Below, piece after piece: positions 1 through 9,318 of a stretch of DNA of 64,000 bases. Positions within the stretch are counted from its first letter, which is position 1. Each line of letters starts with the position of its first letter. A model generated the notes under the pieces. That model had not been told where the DNA came from and made no database searches. It saw nothing but the letters and a program-made list of their open reading frames with translations. The stretch is from an uncultured Verrucomicrobiae bacterium (GTDB taxonomy: Bacteria > Verrucomicrobiota > Verrucomicrobiia > Limisphaerales > JAFGQR01): NCBI GenBank assembly GCA_963788655.1, contig CAWBHS010000072.1, positions 320,001 through 384,000 of the forward strand, written 5' to 3'. Both the position numbers and the translations under genes were made by a program.

Positions 1-135
1 TGACCAATGTGCAATGACCAATGACCAGAGAATGCCCGATGACCAATGACCAGTTGGCCCGGGAAGGGTCGCCGGATTTCAAGGTGGAGCTTGGACATTG
101 GTCCTTCCTTGGTGCTTGGGCATTGGCTATTGGGC
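1..135. repeat. Degenerate heptamer (AATGACC-type) repeats with an inverted counterpart
   Basis: tgacca/aatgacc units at 1-52 and roughly complementary cattgg/ttggt units at about 90-135. Confidence 0.5.
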
Positions 136-193
136 CATCCGGGTTTTTCGAGTCTTGGCGCCAGCCGGCGCGCAAGACCCGTCGAGCGTTGCC

Positions 194-394
194 TTCCCCC
201 TCACCCCGACCCTCTCCCTTGGGGAGAGGGAGCCCGTTCGCCGCGGACGGGAGCCCGCGGATGGCACTCAGACCTTCGAGACCGCTTTGCACAAAAGTCG
301 AAGGGGCGGTCAATGCCACGGGCAGGTTCATATCAAATCGCAGCACCGCTGGCTGTTCCCTCTCCCTGAGGGAGAGGGTTAGGGTGAGGGGGAA
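194..394. repeat. About 200-bp MITE/REPIN-like element, copy 1
   Basis: Terminal inverted repeats TTCCCCCTCACCC...GGGTGAGGGGGAA, each arm with a CCCTCTCCC-n-GGGAGAGGG hairpin; interior colinear with 4154-4352. Confidence 0.85.
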
Positions 395-492
395 CCAGGC
401 TCCCTTGGTCCAAATGGCCGTCAGGAAATTCAGCGGGTGGTCAAGCCTGGCGCGAAGCCGAAGGCTTCCCCCAACCAGCTCAGTAACAATCG

Positions 493-3400
493 ATGAACAT
501 GGATAGTAGTTCGGGCAAAGTCGCAACAAAGGAATCGAGCGAGACGCAGACGGCTGCACACAATAGTCGCTCGAAAAACACCGCCACCATCACCACCCAG
601 AGCGGGCTCGATTTGCAGGTGGAGACGTTGGCCCGCCAGGGCCAACTCGAAGTTTCGCTCCACGCGCCTGCCGGCAAACGTTGCGTTTTGCACTGGGGCG
701 TTCGGCGCCAAATGCAGCAGGACTGGGCCGCGCCGCCGCAGTCGGTGTGGCCGCCGGACACGCAGCCAATGGGAGTGACCGCGGTGCAAACACCGTTCGC
801 CAAACAGAATGGCCAGCTCGGCATCGACATTCGCATGGACCTTGCTGCGGACTACGCCTCGCTGGATTTTGTGATCTTCTTTCCGGACGAAAAGCGCTGG
901 GACAACAACGGCGGCCGCAATTATCAGGTGGCTCTGACCAAGTCCAAACCGACGACCGATCCGCAGGCAGTCTTGCGGGCACGGTTGGGCGAAGAGGAAT
1001 TGCTTTTTGAACGCGCGTTCGATCTTGGCAACCAAGCAAAACTCGCGGTGGCCGTGGTCCGCACCGAGCAACAATATCGCTTCGAGGCGCTCACCAATCT
1101 CGGCGGACCGTTGCTGTTGCATTGGGGCATTGCGCGTCGGTCCCCGCGCGAGTGGCTGCTGCCGCCGGAGTCGATGCGCAATCACGTGACGACTGGCTTT
1201 GACGATCACGCGGTGCAAACACCCTTCGAAACGCAGGAAGGTTTCAACGCGCTCGCGCTCGCCGTCGCCGAGTCCGATGCGCCCCTGGGTTTGAATTTCG
1301 TGCTCAAACAAAACACGCCCGAGGGACGCTGGCTCAAGCATCGCGGCGGCAATTTCTACGTGCCGATCCACCAGGCCGCGACACAAGCCGGCGGCCAGGG
1401 TCTGGGCGAACTGGCTGGCCTGGCGGATGAAATCATCCAGGCCGAGACGGGACACAATTCCTGGACGTTGATGCATCGGTTCAATCTTTGTTACGACCTA
1501 TTGGACCGGGTCCAGCACAGTGTTGAAGGACAGGCGCTGCTTTATGTATGGCTGCGGTTCTCGGCCATTCGCCAGTTAACCTGGCAACGCAATTACAACA
1601 CCCAGCCACGCGAATTGGCGCACGCGCAAGACCGCCTGACGCAGAAGTTGGCCAACGTCTTTCGCAGCGAACCGGAAACGCGCCCGTTGGTTCGTTTGGC
1701 CCTGGCCACGGTGGGCCGCGGCGGTGACGGACAACGGGTGCGCGACGAAATCCTGCACATCATGCACCGGCACAACATCAAGGAAGTGACCGGCCATTTT
1801 CTCGAAGAATGGCACCAGAAGCTGCACAACAACACCACGCCCGACGACGTGGTGATTTGCGAAGCCTATCTCGAATTCCTTTACAGCAACGGCAATCGCG
1901 ACCGCTTCTATCAGACCCTGGAAAACGGCGGCGTGACCAAGCAGCGGTTGGAGAGCTTCGAACGGCCCATCCGGACCGAGCCGCAATTCGCCGGTCACCT
2001 CAAAGACGCGCTGATTCCTGACTTCCAGAATTTCTTGCGCGTGCTCAAATCCGTTCATTCCGGAACCGATTTCGAAACCGCCGTCAATGCCGCGCGCGGC
2101 CAGTTGGATGGCGACCTGCAAGGACTGCTGCACTACCTGGGCGAACACCGCAACGATCCGCCCGAGGGCGTGGTGAACTTGGTGAACCAAATCACCGACG
2201 CGCGGCGCCGCTTGTCCAATCGGCTGAACCAGGACGGCGGCTTGCGCGAATTACTCTACCTCGATCTGGCCCTGGAACAACTGCTGCGTGTGTCCGTGGA
2301 ACGGCATGTCCACTTGCGCTTCAATGGCGATCAGTTGGTCGATCTCATTGCCCGCGCGCTGGAGAACGTAACGCTGACTTACGAAGATCCCGAACTGGCT
2401 GCCTGTGCGCGTCACTGGGAACGATTGCAAGGCCTGCCACGCTTCAATGCCGATTGGGCGTTGCACGCCAAGTCCGTCGGTGACCGCATCGCGCGCGCTT
2501 TGACCACTTGGATTGATCGTTTCTATCAACTGCTCCAACCCAAGGCCGAATATCTCGGTGCCGGATTCCAGGCCGAGCCGTGGACGATCACGCTCTTCAG
2601 CGAAGAAGTGGTGCGCGGAAGCAGCCTGGGCTTCGTGGTGTCCATGCTGTTGCACCGCCTGGACCCGCTCTTGCGCAAGGCCGCCAACATCGGCGCCTGG
2701 CGCATCATCAGCCGCGGCGGCGGGGGCGGTCAAATTGAAGTGGTGGACAAGTTGGGCTCGATTCAAAACCAGCGCTTTGACAAACCCACCGTCGTTGTGA
2801 CGGACAAAGTGATGGGCGACGAAGAACTGCCCGACGGGGTCACCGCAGTCATCGCTCCGGACGTGACCGATATCGTGTCGCACGTGGCGGTGCGGGCGCG
2901 CAACTCGAATGTCCTGTTTGCATCCTGCCATGATCCGGAAATGTTGGCGCACTTGAAGTCGCTTCGCGGGCATCATGTTCATCTGACGGTCAATCCGGCC
3001 GGCGACGTGATCGTGCAGGAAACCGAGGCGGATGCGCCGGCGGCTGCGATCGAGTCGGTTCAGGAACGAATTTCACTCACGCCACGACAGTTCACGAAAT
3101 ACGCCATTACGCATGAAGAATTCCGCGAGGAACTCGTGGGGGGCAAGTCATGTCACCAGGCAGAACTGCGCGGCAAGTTGTCCGATTGGATTCATCTCCC
3201 GGCCTCGGCGGCGATTCCCTTCGGCGTCTTTGAAAAGGTATTGGGGTTACCCGCCAACCAGGAGTTGGCCAGGCGTTGCCAGGAGTTAACTCGACAAGCG
3301 GAAACCGGCAACACCGAAGCACTGGCCGACCTGCGGCGAACAGTTCTCCAATTGACCGCCCCCGACGAATTGCCGGACACCTTGCGCCAAGGCATGACCA

Positions 3401-4068
3401 AGGCCGGTCTGGATTGGCCTGCGGATTGGGACAAGACCTGGCGTTGCATCAAACAGGTCTGGGCTTCGAAGTGGAATGACCGCGCGTTCCTCAGCCGCAA
3501 GAAACTCGGCATCTCGCACGACCAACTGTTCATGGCGGTGCTCATCCAGTCGGTGGTGCCGGCGGATTATGCGTTCGTGGTCCATACGGTGAATCCGTCC
3601 ACCGGCAACGCCAACGAACTCTTCGCCGAAATCGTGCTGGGCCTTGGCGAAACCCTGGTCGGCAATTATCCCGGACGCGCGTTGAGTTTTGTGGTGGACA
3701 AAACGTCCGGCGCGCAGACGTTGCTGTCGTATCCCGGCAAAAGTATTGGCCTCTACGGCAGTGGCTTGATTTTCCGTTCTGACTCCAACGGTGAAGATCT
3801 GGCGGGATTCGCCGGCGCCGGCCTCTACGAAAGCGTCTTGCTTCAACCACCCCGCGTCGTGGAATTGGATTACACCGAAGAGCCGCTGGTGTGGGACGAG
3901 CGTTTCCGCCAGGACCTGCTCCAGACGATTGCGAAGATCGGGTTGGAAGTCGAAAAAGCCTTTGGCGCGCCGCAGGACATTGAAGGCGCGGTAGCGCGAG
4001 GCAAATACTTCGTTGTGCAAACGCGGCCGCAGGTGGGACTGGAGTCAACGACCGGCAGCAAGGGCTAA
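493..4068 (+). CDS. Alpha-glucan water dikinase (plant GWD1/R1-like) with tandem N-terminal CBM45-like domains
   Basis: Two LHWG..W..PP..AVQTPF modules; GWD-type motifs WLRFSAIRQLTWQRNYN, GQRVRDEIL and EEWHQKLHNNTTPDDVVICEAYL; phospho-His motif DIVSHVAVRARN (His codon 2881); C-terminal nucleotide-binding domain (FRSDSNGEDLAGFAGAGLYES, QDIEG, VVQTRPQ); no signal peptide. Confidence 0.92.
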   Translation: MNMDSSSGKVATKESSETQTAAHNSRSKNTATITTQSGLDLQVETLARQGQLEVSLHAPAGKRCVLHWGVRRQMQQDWAAPPQSVWPPDTQPMGVTAVQTPFAKQNGQLGIDIRMDLAADYASLDFVIFFPDEKRWDNNGGRNYQVALTKSKPTTDPQAVLRARLGEEELLFERAFDLGNQAKLAVAVVRTEQQYRFEALTNLGGPLLLHWGIARRSPREWLLPPESMRNHVTTGFDDHAVQTPFETQEGFNALALAVAESDAPLGLNFVLKQNTPEGRWLKHRGGNFYVPIHQAATQAGGQGLGELAGLADEIIQAETGHNSWTLMHRFNLCYDLLDRVQHSVEGQALLYVWLRFSAIRQLTWQRNYNTQPRELAHAQDRLTQKLANVFRSEPETRPLVRLALATVGRGGDGQRVRDEILHIMHRHNIKEVTGHFLEEWHQKLHNNTTPDDVVICEAYLEFLYSNGNRDRFYQTLENGGVTKQRLESFERPIRTEPQFAGHLKDALIPDFQNFLRVLKSVHSGTDFETAVNAARGQLDGDLQGLLHYLGEHRNDPPEGVVNLVNQITDARRRLSNRLNQDGGLRELLYLDLALEQLLRVSVERHVHLRFNGDQLVDLIARALENVTLTYEDPELAACARHWERLQGLPRFNADWALHAKSVGDRIARALTTWIDRFYQLLQPKAEYLGAGFQAEPWTITLFSEEVVRGSSLGFVVSMLLHRLDPLLRKAANIGAWRIISRGGGGGQIEVVDKLGSIQNQRFDKPTVVVTDKVMGDEELPDGVTAVIAPDVTDIVSHVAVRARNSNVLFASCHDPEMLAHLKSLRGHHVHLTVNPAGDVIVQETEADAPAAAIESVQERISLTPRQFTKYAITHEEFREELVGGKSCHQAELRGKLSDWIHLPASAAIPFGVFEKVLGLPANQELARRCQELTRQAETGNTEALADLRRTVLQLTAPDELPDTLRQGMTKAGLDWPADWDKTWRCIKQVWASKWNDRAFLSRKKLGISHDQLFMAVLIQSVVPADYAFVVHTVNPSTGNANELFAEIVLGLGETLVGNYPGRALSFVVDKTSGAQTLLSYPGKSIGLYGSGLIFRSDSNGEDLAGFAGAGLYESVLLQPPRVVELDYTEEPLVWDERFRQDLLQTIAKIGLEVEKAFGAPQDIEGAVARGKYFVVQTRPQVGLESTTGSKG

Positions 4069-4153
4069 GGCTTCAGGTGATGAAACGGACAGTTGCAACT
4101 CAGTCTTTCGGCGTGGCACACGTTGCGCCCAGGCTGGGTTGTCGAACGCGTTG

Positions 4154-4352
4154 TTCCCCCTCACCCCAGCCCTCTCCCTTGGGGAGAGGGAGCCCGTTTG
4201 GCCCGCCTCGAAAACAACGAATGGCACTCCGACCGTCGATGCCGCTTCGCGCGAAAGTCGAATGGGCGGTCAATGCCACGGACCAGCTCGAATCAAAGAG
4301 CAGTGCCTTCGGCTGTTCCCTCTCCCTGGGGAGAGGGTCAGGGTGAGGGGAA
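4154..4352. repeat. About 200-bp MITE/REPIN-like element, copy 2
   Basis: Same terminal hairpins and related interior (atggcactc, aaagtcgaa, ggcggtcaatgccacgg, ggctgttccctctccc) as 194-394. Confidence 0.85.
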
Positions 4353-4380
4353 GCACAACAACTAAACTCCCCGCATTTTC

Positions 4381-7300
4381 ATGATCCCCATCGGCAACCA
4401 GACTTCATTCTCCGCGGCCACGCCCACCGTGCCGTTTGATTACGCCCGCGCCAATGACTTTGATGCGTTTGAATGGTTTCCCGACAAGAAACCCGACGGC
4501 GCCGGTTGGGACGAAAGCGACTTGGATGAATCGCGGCGCCGGCACCTGGCCGAACTGGCGCGGGCGCAAAACATGCGCGTGTCCGTTCACGCCCGTTGGC
4601 AAGCCGATCCGCTGCGACCTGGTGCCCAACCGCTACTACTGAGGGATCTTGGACTGGCCCGCGATTTGGGCGCCGTGCTGGTCAATATTCACTTCAACCA
4701 CGAGCAAGGAGTCGAAGCATACGTTCAAGCGGTGATGCCGTTTGTTCGCCAAGTTGGTGAGGTGGGACTACAGCTTGCCATCGAGAATACCCCGCATCAT
4801 GCGCCGGAACAGTTTAACGAGTTGTTTGCGTGCTTGCAGGCGCTCGGCCGTGAAACCGTTCAGCACGTGGGAATGTGTTTTGATCTCGGCCACGCCAACC
4901 TGTGCGCGGCAACCCGTAACGATTATTTGCAGTTCCTCGACCGACTCGATCCGCGCGTGCCAATCATCCATTTGCATTTGCACGAGAATTGGGGTGATGC
5001 TGACAGCCATTTGCCGCTGTTCACCGGTCCCGCGGGGCGGAATGATGCAGGCATTCGCGGCCTGCTGGAACGGTTGCGTCAGCGTCAATATGCCGGCTCG
5101 ATCATCCTCGAACAATGGCCCCAGCCGCCTTCGCTGCTGAACCACGCGCGCGACCGGTTGCTTGACTTGCTTAATTCCTGTAGCAACGGGCGTGAGTCCG
5201 CTCATACTTCTCGTGCATCTGACGTAGCGGCGTCTCGTGAGAGCGCCGCTGACTTGAGCGAAACAAATTTGCAGCGCTCTCACGAGACGCCGCTACGCTC
5301 AGAGGTGGACGATTTCCAGGGCAAACTGGTCGCCGCTGATCAACAGCGCCGCAGTTGGCGGGAGAAGCTGGATTTCGTGCAGGGCCTGTTCACGGACGAC
5401 GCGACACCGCTCACGTCGGAGCAATTGGTCGATATTGCCATCTACCTTCGTTTCCTGGGCACCGGTGAGATCGTATGCGTCGAGGACGGACGGCACTTCC
5501 GTCCGGCCCACCATGCGCGCATGGCCCTGGAGATTCAGCGACGGTTGGCCGAACTGACCACGCCCGACACGGCGTTTATCGCGCGCAAGATTTATCCCTG
5601 GTTGCCCTCCTCGGCCCGGAGCTTTCAGCGCGCTGAGCCACTGACGCGGATTCGCGACATCGCGCATCGCAACGACATTCCCCAGGACCTGAAACGCGAA
5701 ATCAAGCACACCCTCCAAAACAAGCTGCATCGCTGTGCGGGGCCCGAAGACCTGGTGACCTCCACGAAACTGTTGGAACGAATCACCGCGCCGGCGGCCG
5801 ATTACGCGTCGGACTTTGTCGAGCAATTCAAAATTTTCCATGAAGAACTGAAAGAGTTTTTCAACGCCCAATCCTTGGACGAACGGCTGGATGCGCTGTT
5901 GCCCCACGTCGGCGCCAAGGAAACCGAATTGATCCAGCGGTTTCACAAACAGAAAACCAGCACAGCCCAGCCGGCGCTACGGGACGCCTTCAAGTCGCTG
6001 ACCGAATTGCGCTACTGTTTCCTGGAGGGCGCCGCCAAGTGCAAGCCGGAAGAAAAGCAGGAGTTCCTGCTGGCGGACATTGGGCTCGAAGATTTTGCCT
6101 TCGTCCTGTTGAGCAAAATCTTCAATGTCTTCGACGTTGCCAGGACCAAGGCCAAATGGGAACCGCTGCTGGAAACGCTGCGGTTGACCATCACCAACCT
6201 CGCCCTGAGCCGCGTCCAGCCTGAGGAATGCGACGCGCTGGGAGCCGAACTGCGGACTTGGAGCGCTGAACTGAATCCAAAAGACCGCGAACAACTGTTA
6301 CGTTTGAAAGCCACTGCGGACCGTTGTCGGCGTCTGGCGGAAGCTTACAGCGACCGGATTGCCGCGCTGTTCTTTCGGCGGGCCCGGGATCTGGGTCGCG
6401 CGCTGGAGGTGCCCGCGCATGCCATCCAGGTGTACTGCGACTCCGAAATCCGCGGCCATATCGTTTTCCAACTGGCGAAGCTGGTTTCCAGTCTCTTGCG
6501 TCGCGTCCGCGAGCAACTCGAATTGCCCGCCTGGGATGTGCTGGTTGCTGGGCAGGCGAGGGGCCGGTTGCGGATCACCAACCTGCTGGACGATGTGGGC
6601 CAGGATTTGCGCGAGCCCACCGTGGTGATTTTGAGTAACGCGGAAGGCGATGAAGAAATCCCGCAAAGCGTCACCGGCATTGTGCTGGGACACGGTATTC
6701 CGCATTTGTCGCATCTCGGAGTGCGCGCCCGTCAGGCCGGGGTGGTGCTGGTCACTTGCGAGGAGCCGGAAACGTTCAAGCAACTGGAGTGCTTCGATGG
6801 CCAATCGGTCTTGCTGTCGGCGACTCCCGAAAACGTAGAATGCACACCGGCCAAAAGCTCCGCCGCTACGACAAGCAGGGCTCCGGGCAGACCAGTGCTA
6901 GTTCCCGAAGTGCGCCTCGATCCCAAACGGCCTTGGCTGCCCCTGGAACAGGTCACTCCGGAATCCGGCGGGGGCAAAGCAAACGGCGCCCGGCGTTTGG
7001 CCGAATTGGCCCGCCGGAATGATGCCGGATTCAACACTCCCACCGGCGGCGTGATTCCTTTTGGCGTCATGGAAGCGGCGTTGCGCGCCAGGCCAGAGGT
7101 GGAAGCGGAATATGGCAAGCTACTCCAACAGGCCACCGGGAAGTCGGCTGACACGTTGACCGCGACAGCGGAACGGTTGCGCAGTTTGATCCAGCAGTTC
7201 GAGGTGCCCGAAGCGATTGCCAAAGCGATTGCCCAGACATTCAAGCCAGACGCCCGACTCATCGTCCGATCGAGCGCCAATTGCGAGGACTTGCCGGAAA

Positions 7301-7903
7301 TGGCCGGCGCCGGCCTCTATGAATCCGTCGCGAATGTGGCGCCCGCGGACGTAGCTGACGCCGTGCGGACGGTGTGGGCGTCGCTCTGGACCCGACGGGC
7401 CGCCTTAAGCCGTCAGCAAGCCGGTATTCCGCACGAACAGGCGCATATCGCAGTGCTCATCCAGGAGTTGCTCACGCCGGACTGCTCGTTTGTCCTGCAC
7501 ACCGTCAATCCGATCAATCACGACGCCGATGAAGTCTATGCCGAACTGGCGATTGGGCTGGGAGAAACACTCGCGTCGGCGGCTATTCGCGGCAATCCGT
7601 ATCGATTGATTTGCCCCAAAAGCTCCAAGGCAGTCACCACACTGGCCTTCGCGAACTTCAGCGAGTCGCTCTGGCCTGATCCCGCCGGCGGTCTGCAACG
7701 CAAAACGGTGGACTATTCGCGCGTCGAGTTGTCGCGAAACGCCGAAGCTCGCCAGCAACTCGGAAGACGCCTGGCGGCCATTGGCCGGTTGGTCGAAGCA
7801 GAATTGAAATCCCCCCAGGACATCGAAGGCGCGGTAGTTGGCGGCAGACATTTACCTCGTGCAAGCACGTCCACAACAGGGGCTGGGTAGCTATGAGCGC
7901 TAA
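4381..7903 (+). CDS. Fusion of AP-endonuclease-2/xylose-isomerase-like TIM barrel and phosphoglucan water dikinase (PWD/GWD3-like); frameshift near 7845
   Basis: N-terminal ~265 aa has AIENT, CFDLGHAN, HLHLHEN..DSHLP, IILE; PWD-type motifs SWREKL, EDGRHFRPAHHA, PLTRIRDIAHRNDIPQDLKREIKHTLQNKLHRCAGPEDL; phospho-His PHLSHLGVRARQ (His codon 6712); VRSSANCEDL..MAGAGLYES. The ORF track stops at 7890 but a shifted frame gives the expected IYLVQARPQ ending at TAA 7901-7903. Confidence 0.88.
5223..5297. repeat. Intragenic in-frame REPIN-like inverted repeat (GTAG-type REP pair)
   Basis: Perfect 24-bp arms CGTAGCGGCGTCTCGTGAGAGCGC (5223-5246) and its reverse complement (5274-5297); another GTAG-led half element at about 5180-5203. 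Confidence 0.8.
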
Positions 7904-7937
7904 CTCAGGCATGTTACCTATGGATACAGAAGGCGAT

Positions 7938-8053
7938 GTCGGACCGGCGTCCCGCGTGTCTCGAATTTCCCAACGACGCTCGACGTATCGCGGAACTGGC
8001 TGCAACGGTTGGGAGCCGCTGGTCATTCGGGACAGCCGGGACGGCTGTCCTAC
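7938..8053. repeat. 116-bp REPIN-like element, copy 1
   Basis: GTCGGACCGGCGTCCCGCGTGTC...GACAGCCGGGACGGCTGTCCTAC; same length and related ends as 29515-29630. Confidence 0.7.
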
Positions 8054-8088
8054 GGGCGTGTTCGCTCATTTGGATTTCCAATAGATTC

Positions 8089-9273
8089 ATGCGCCCCTCG
8101 CTTCCCCAGCATCCGCCAACCCTCGGGTTGTTCGAGAAACGGATCGACGGTGACGATTGCCTGATGGATTTGGCCCGGCTGCGTTTTCAGCAGGCTGGTA
8201 TGGGCACGGAAATGCACGCCGGCACACCCGCAGAATTGGATTGGGTCATGCAATGGCGTCCCTCGCCAGCGACACCTGTCGTGGTTCACTTGCCGCGGCA
8301 CTTCGATCTGACCGACGAGCACACGCGAGCCCAAGTTCAGGGAATGGCTGCTTACTCTGCCGGCCGGATTCATGGATTCGTGCTGCACGACGGCGCCGAT
8401 ATGGCGGTGCGCGCCGCAGACTATCACCGCGCGGCTCAGGAAATGGAATCGCGACTGGCGCGCATCCAGCAATGCCCGCTGCTGTTCATCGAATACGCGG
8501 CGGGCTTGGAACCGGATCTTTTCGCCGGTTTCTTTTCCTCCATCCGCAACTTGTCCCGTTTGAGCGCCTGCATCGACATCGGCCATGTAGGCATTCGGCA
8601 GGCGCGGAAAGCGTTTGCGCAGGTGCATCCCGGCGAAGATGTATGCGCGCTGAAGTCCAATCCTTCCCGCCTGCCGCAACTCATGCCGGACGTGGAAGCC
8701 GCAGTGCGAACGGCTTTACCAACCGTGCTGCACCTGATCGAAACGCTCGGTGCGCTGGGTAAACCGATTCACTTCCATTTGCACGATGGCCACCCACTTT
8801 CCACCTTCAGCCCGTTCGGCGTCTCGGATCACTTGAGCTTTTTCCAGGAGATGCCGCTGCCCTTCGATTGCCATGACCAGCAATCGTCGCCGTTGATGTT
8901 TGGTCCGAACGGCCTTTCCCGAATTGTCGCCAAAGCGATGGAGGCCATCGGTCGCGAACGGGTTTCGTTCACATTGGAAATTCATCCGACCTTCGAACGC
9001 CTGGCGTTGGGCGACGCGGCCAACCTCTTTGAGCATTGGCGTGACCGGACCAACGCCGAGATGATGAACCACTGGCTCGCGGTGCTCAGTCGAAACCATG
9101 AACTACTGCTGGCGGCAATCAGCAAGCGGGCGGCCGATGCGTTGGTGGCGCACTTGATACCTCGCCCGACGCCGTTGGTTTTGAACTCGCCCAGGCGACA
9201 GATAATGGCTCCGGTGATTCCTTGCGGATTCGCAACAATTTTGGAATCGCGTGCGATCAGTCCGCCGTTCTGA
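8089..9273 (+). CDS. AP-endonuclease-2/xylose-isomerase-like TIM-barrel metalloprotein of unknown function
   Basis: FIEY, CIDIGHVG, HFHLHDGH, SDHLSF and TLEIH metal-ligand pattern; start set at ATG 8089 because the upstream ORF part is REP sequence. Confidence 0.7.
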   Translation: MRPSLPQHPPTLGLFEKRIDGDDCLMDLARLRFQQAGMGTEMHAGTPAELDWVMQWRPSPATPVVVHLPRHFDLTDEHTRAQVQGMAAYSAGRIHGFVLHDGADMAVRAADYHRAAQEMESRLARIQQCPLLFIEYAAGLEPDLFAGFFSSIRNLSRLSACIDIGHVGIRQARKAFAQVHPGEDVCALKSNPSRLPQLMPDVEAAVRTALPTVLHLIETLGALGKPIHFHLHDGHPLSTFSPFGVSDHLSFFQEMPLPFDCHDQQSSPLMFGPNGLSRIVAKAMEAIGRERVSFTLEIHPTFERLALGDAANLFEHWRDRTNAEMMNHWLAVLSRNHELLLAAISKRAADALVAHLIPRPTPLVLNSPRRQIMAPVIPCGFATILESRAISPPF

Positions 9274-9318
9274 AGAGAATTGCTGAGCTCGGCTGTCGTC
9301 TATTGATTCGCCGATTCT

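Noticed and set aside
21..506. ORFs such as 21..506, 4013..4384 and 11643..11906 with PLTPTLSLGERE-type peptides
   Set aside because: They are translations of the palindromic repeat elements, not credible proteins
493..7903. Labelling the two large genes as PEP synthase or pyruvate phosphate dikinase
   Set aside because: Domain order (His domain then C-terminal nucleotide-binding domain), lack of a pyruvate-binding domain and GWD/PWD-type motifs point to glucan dikinases
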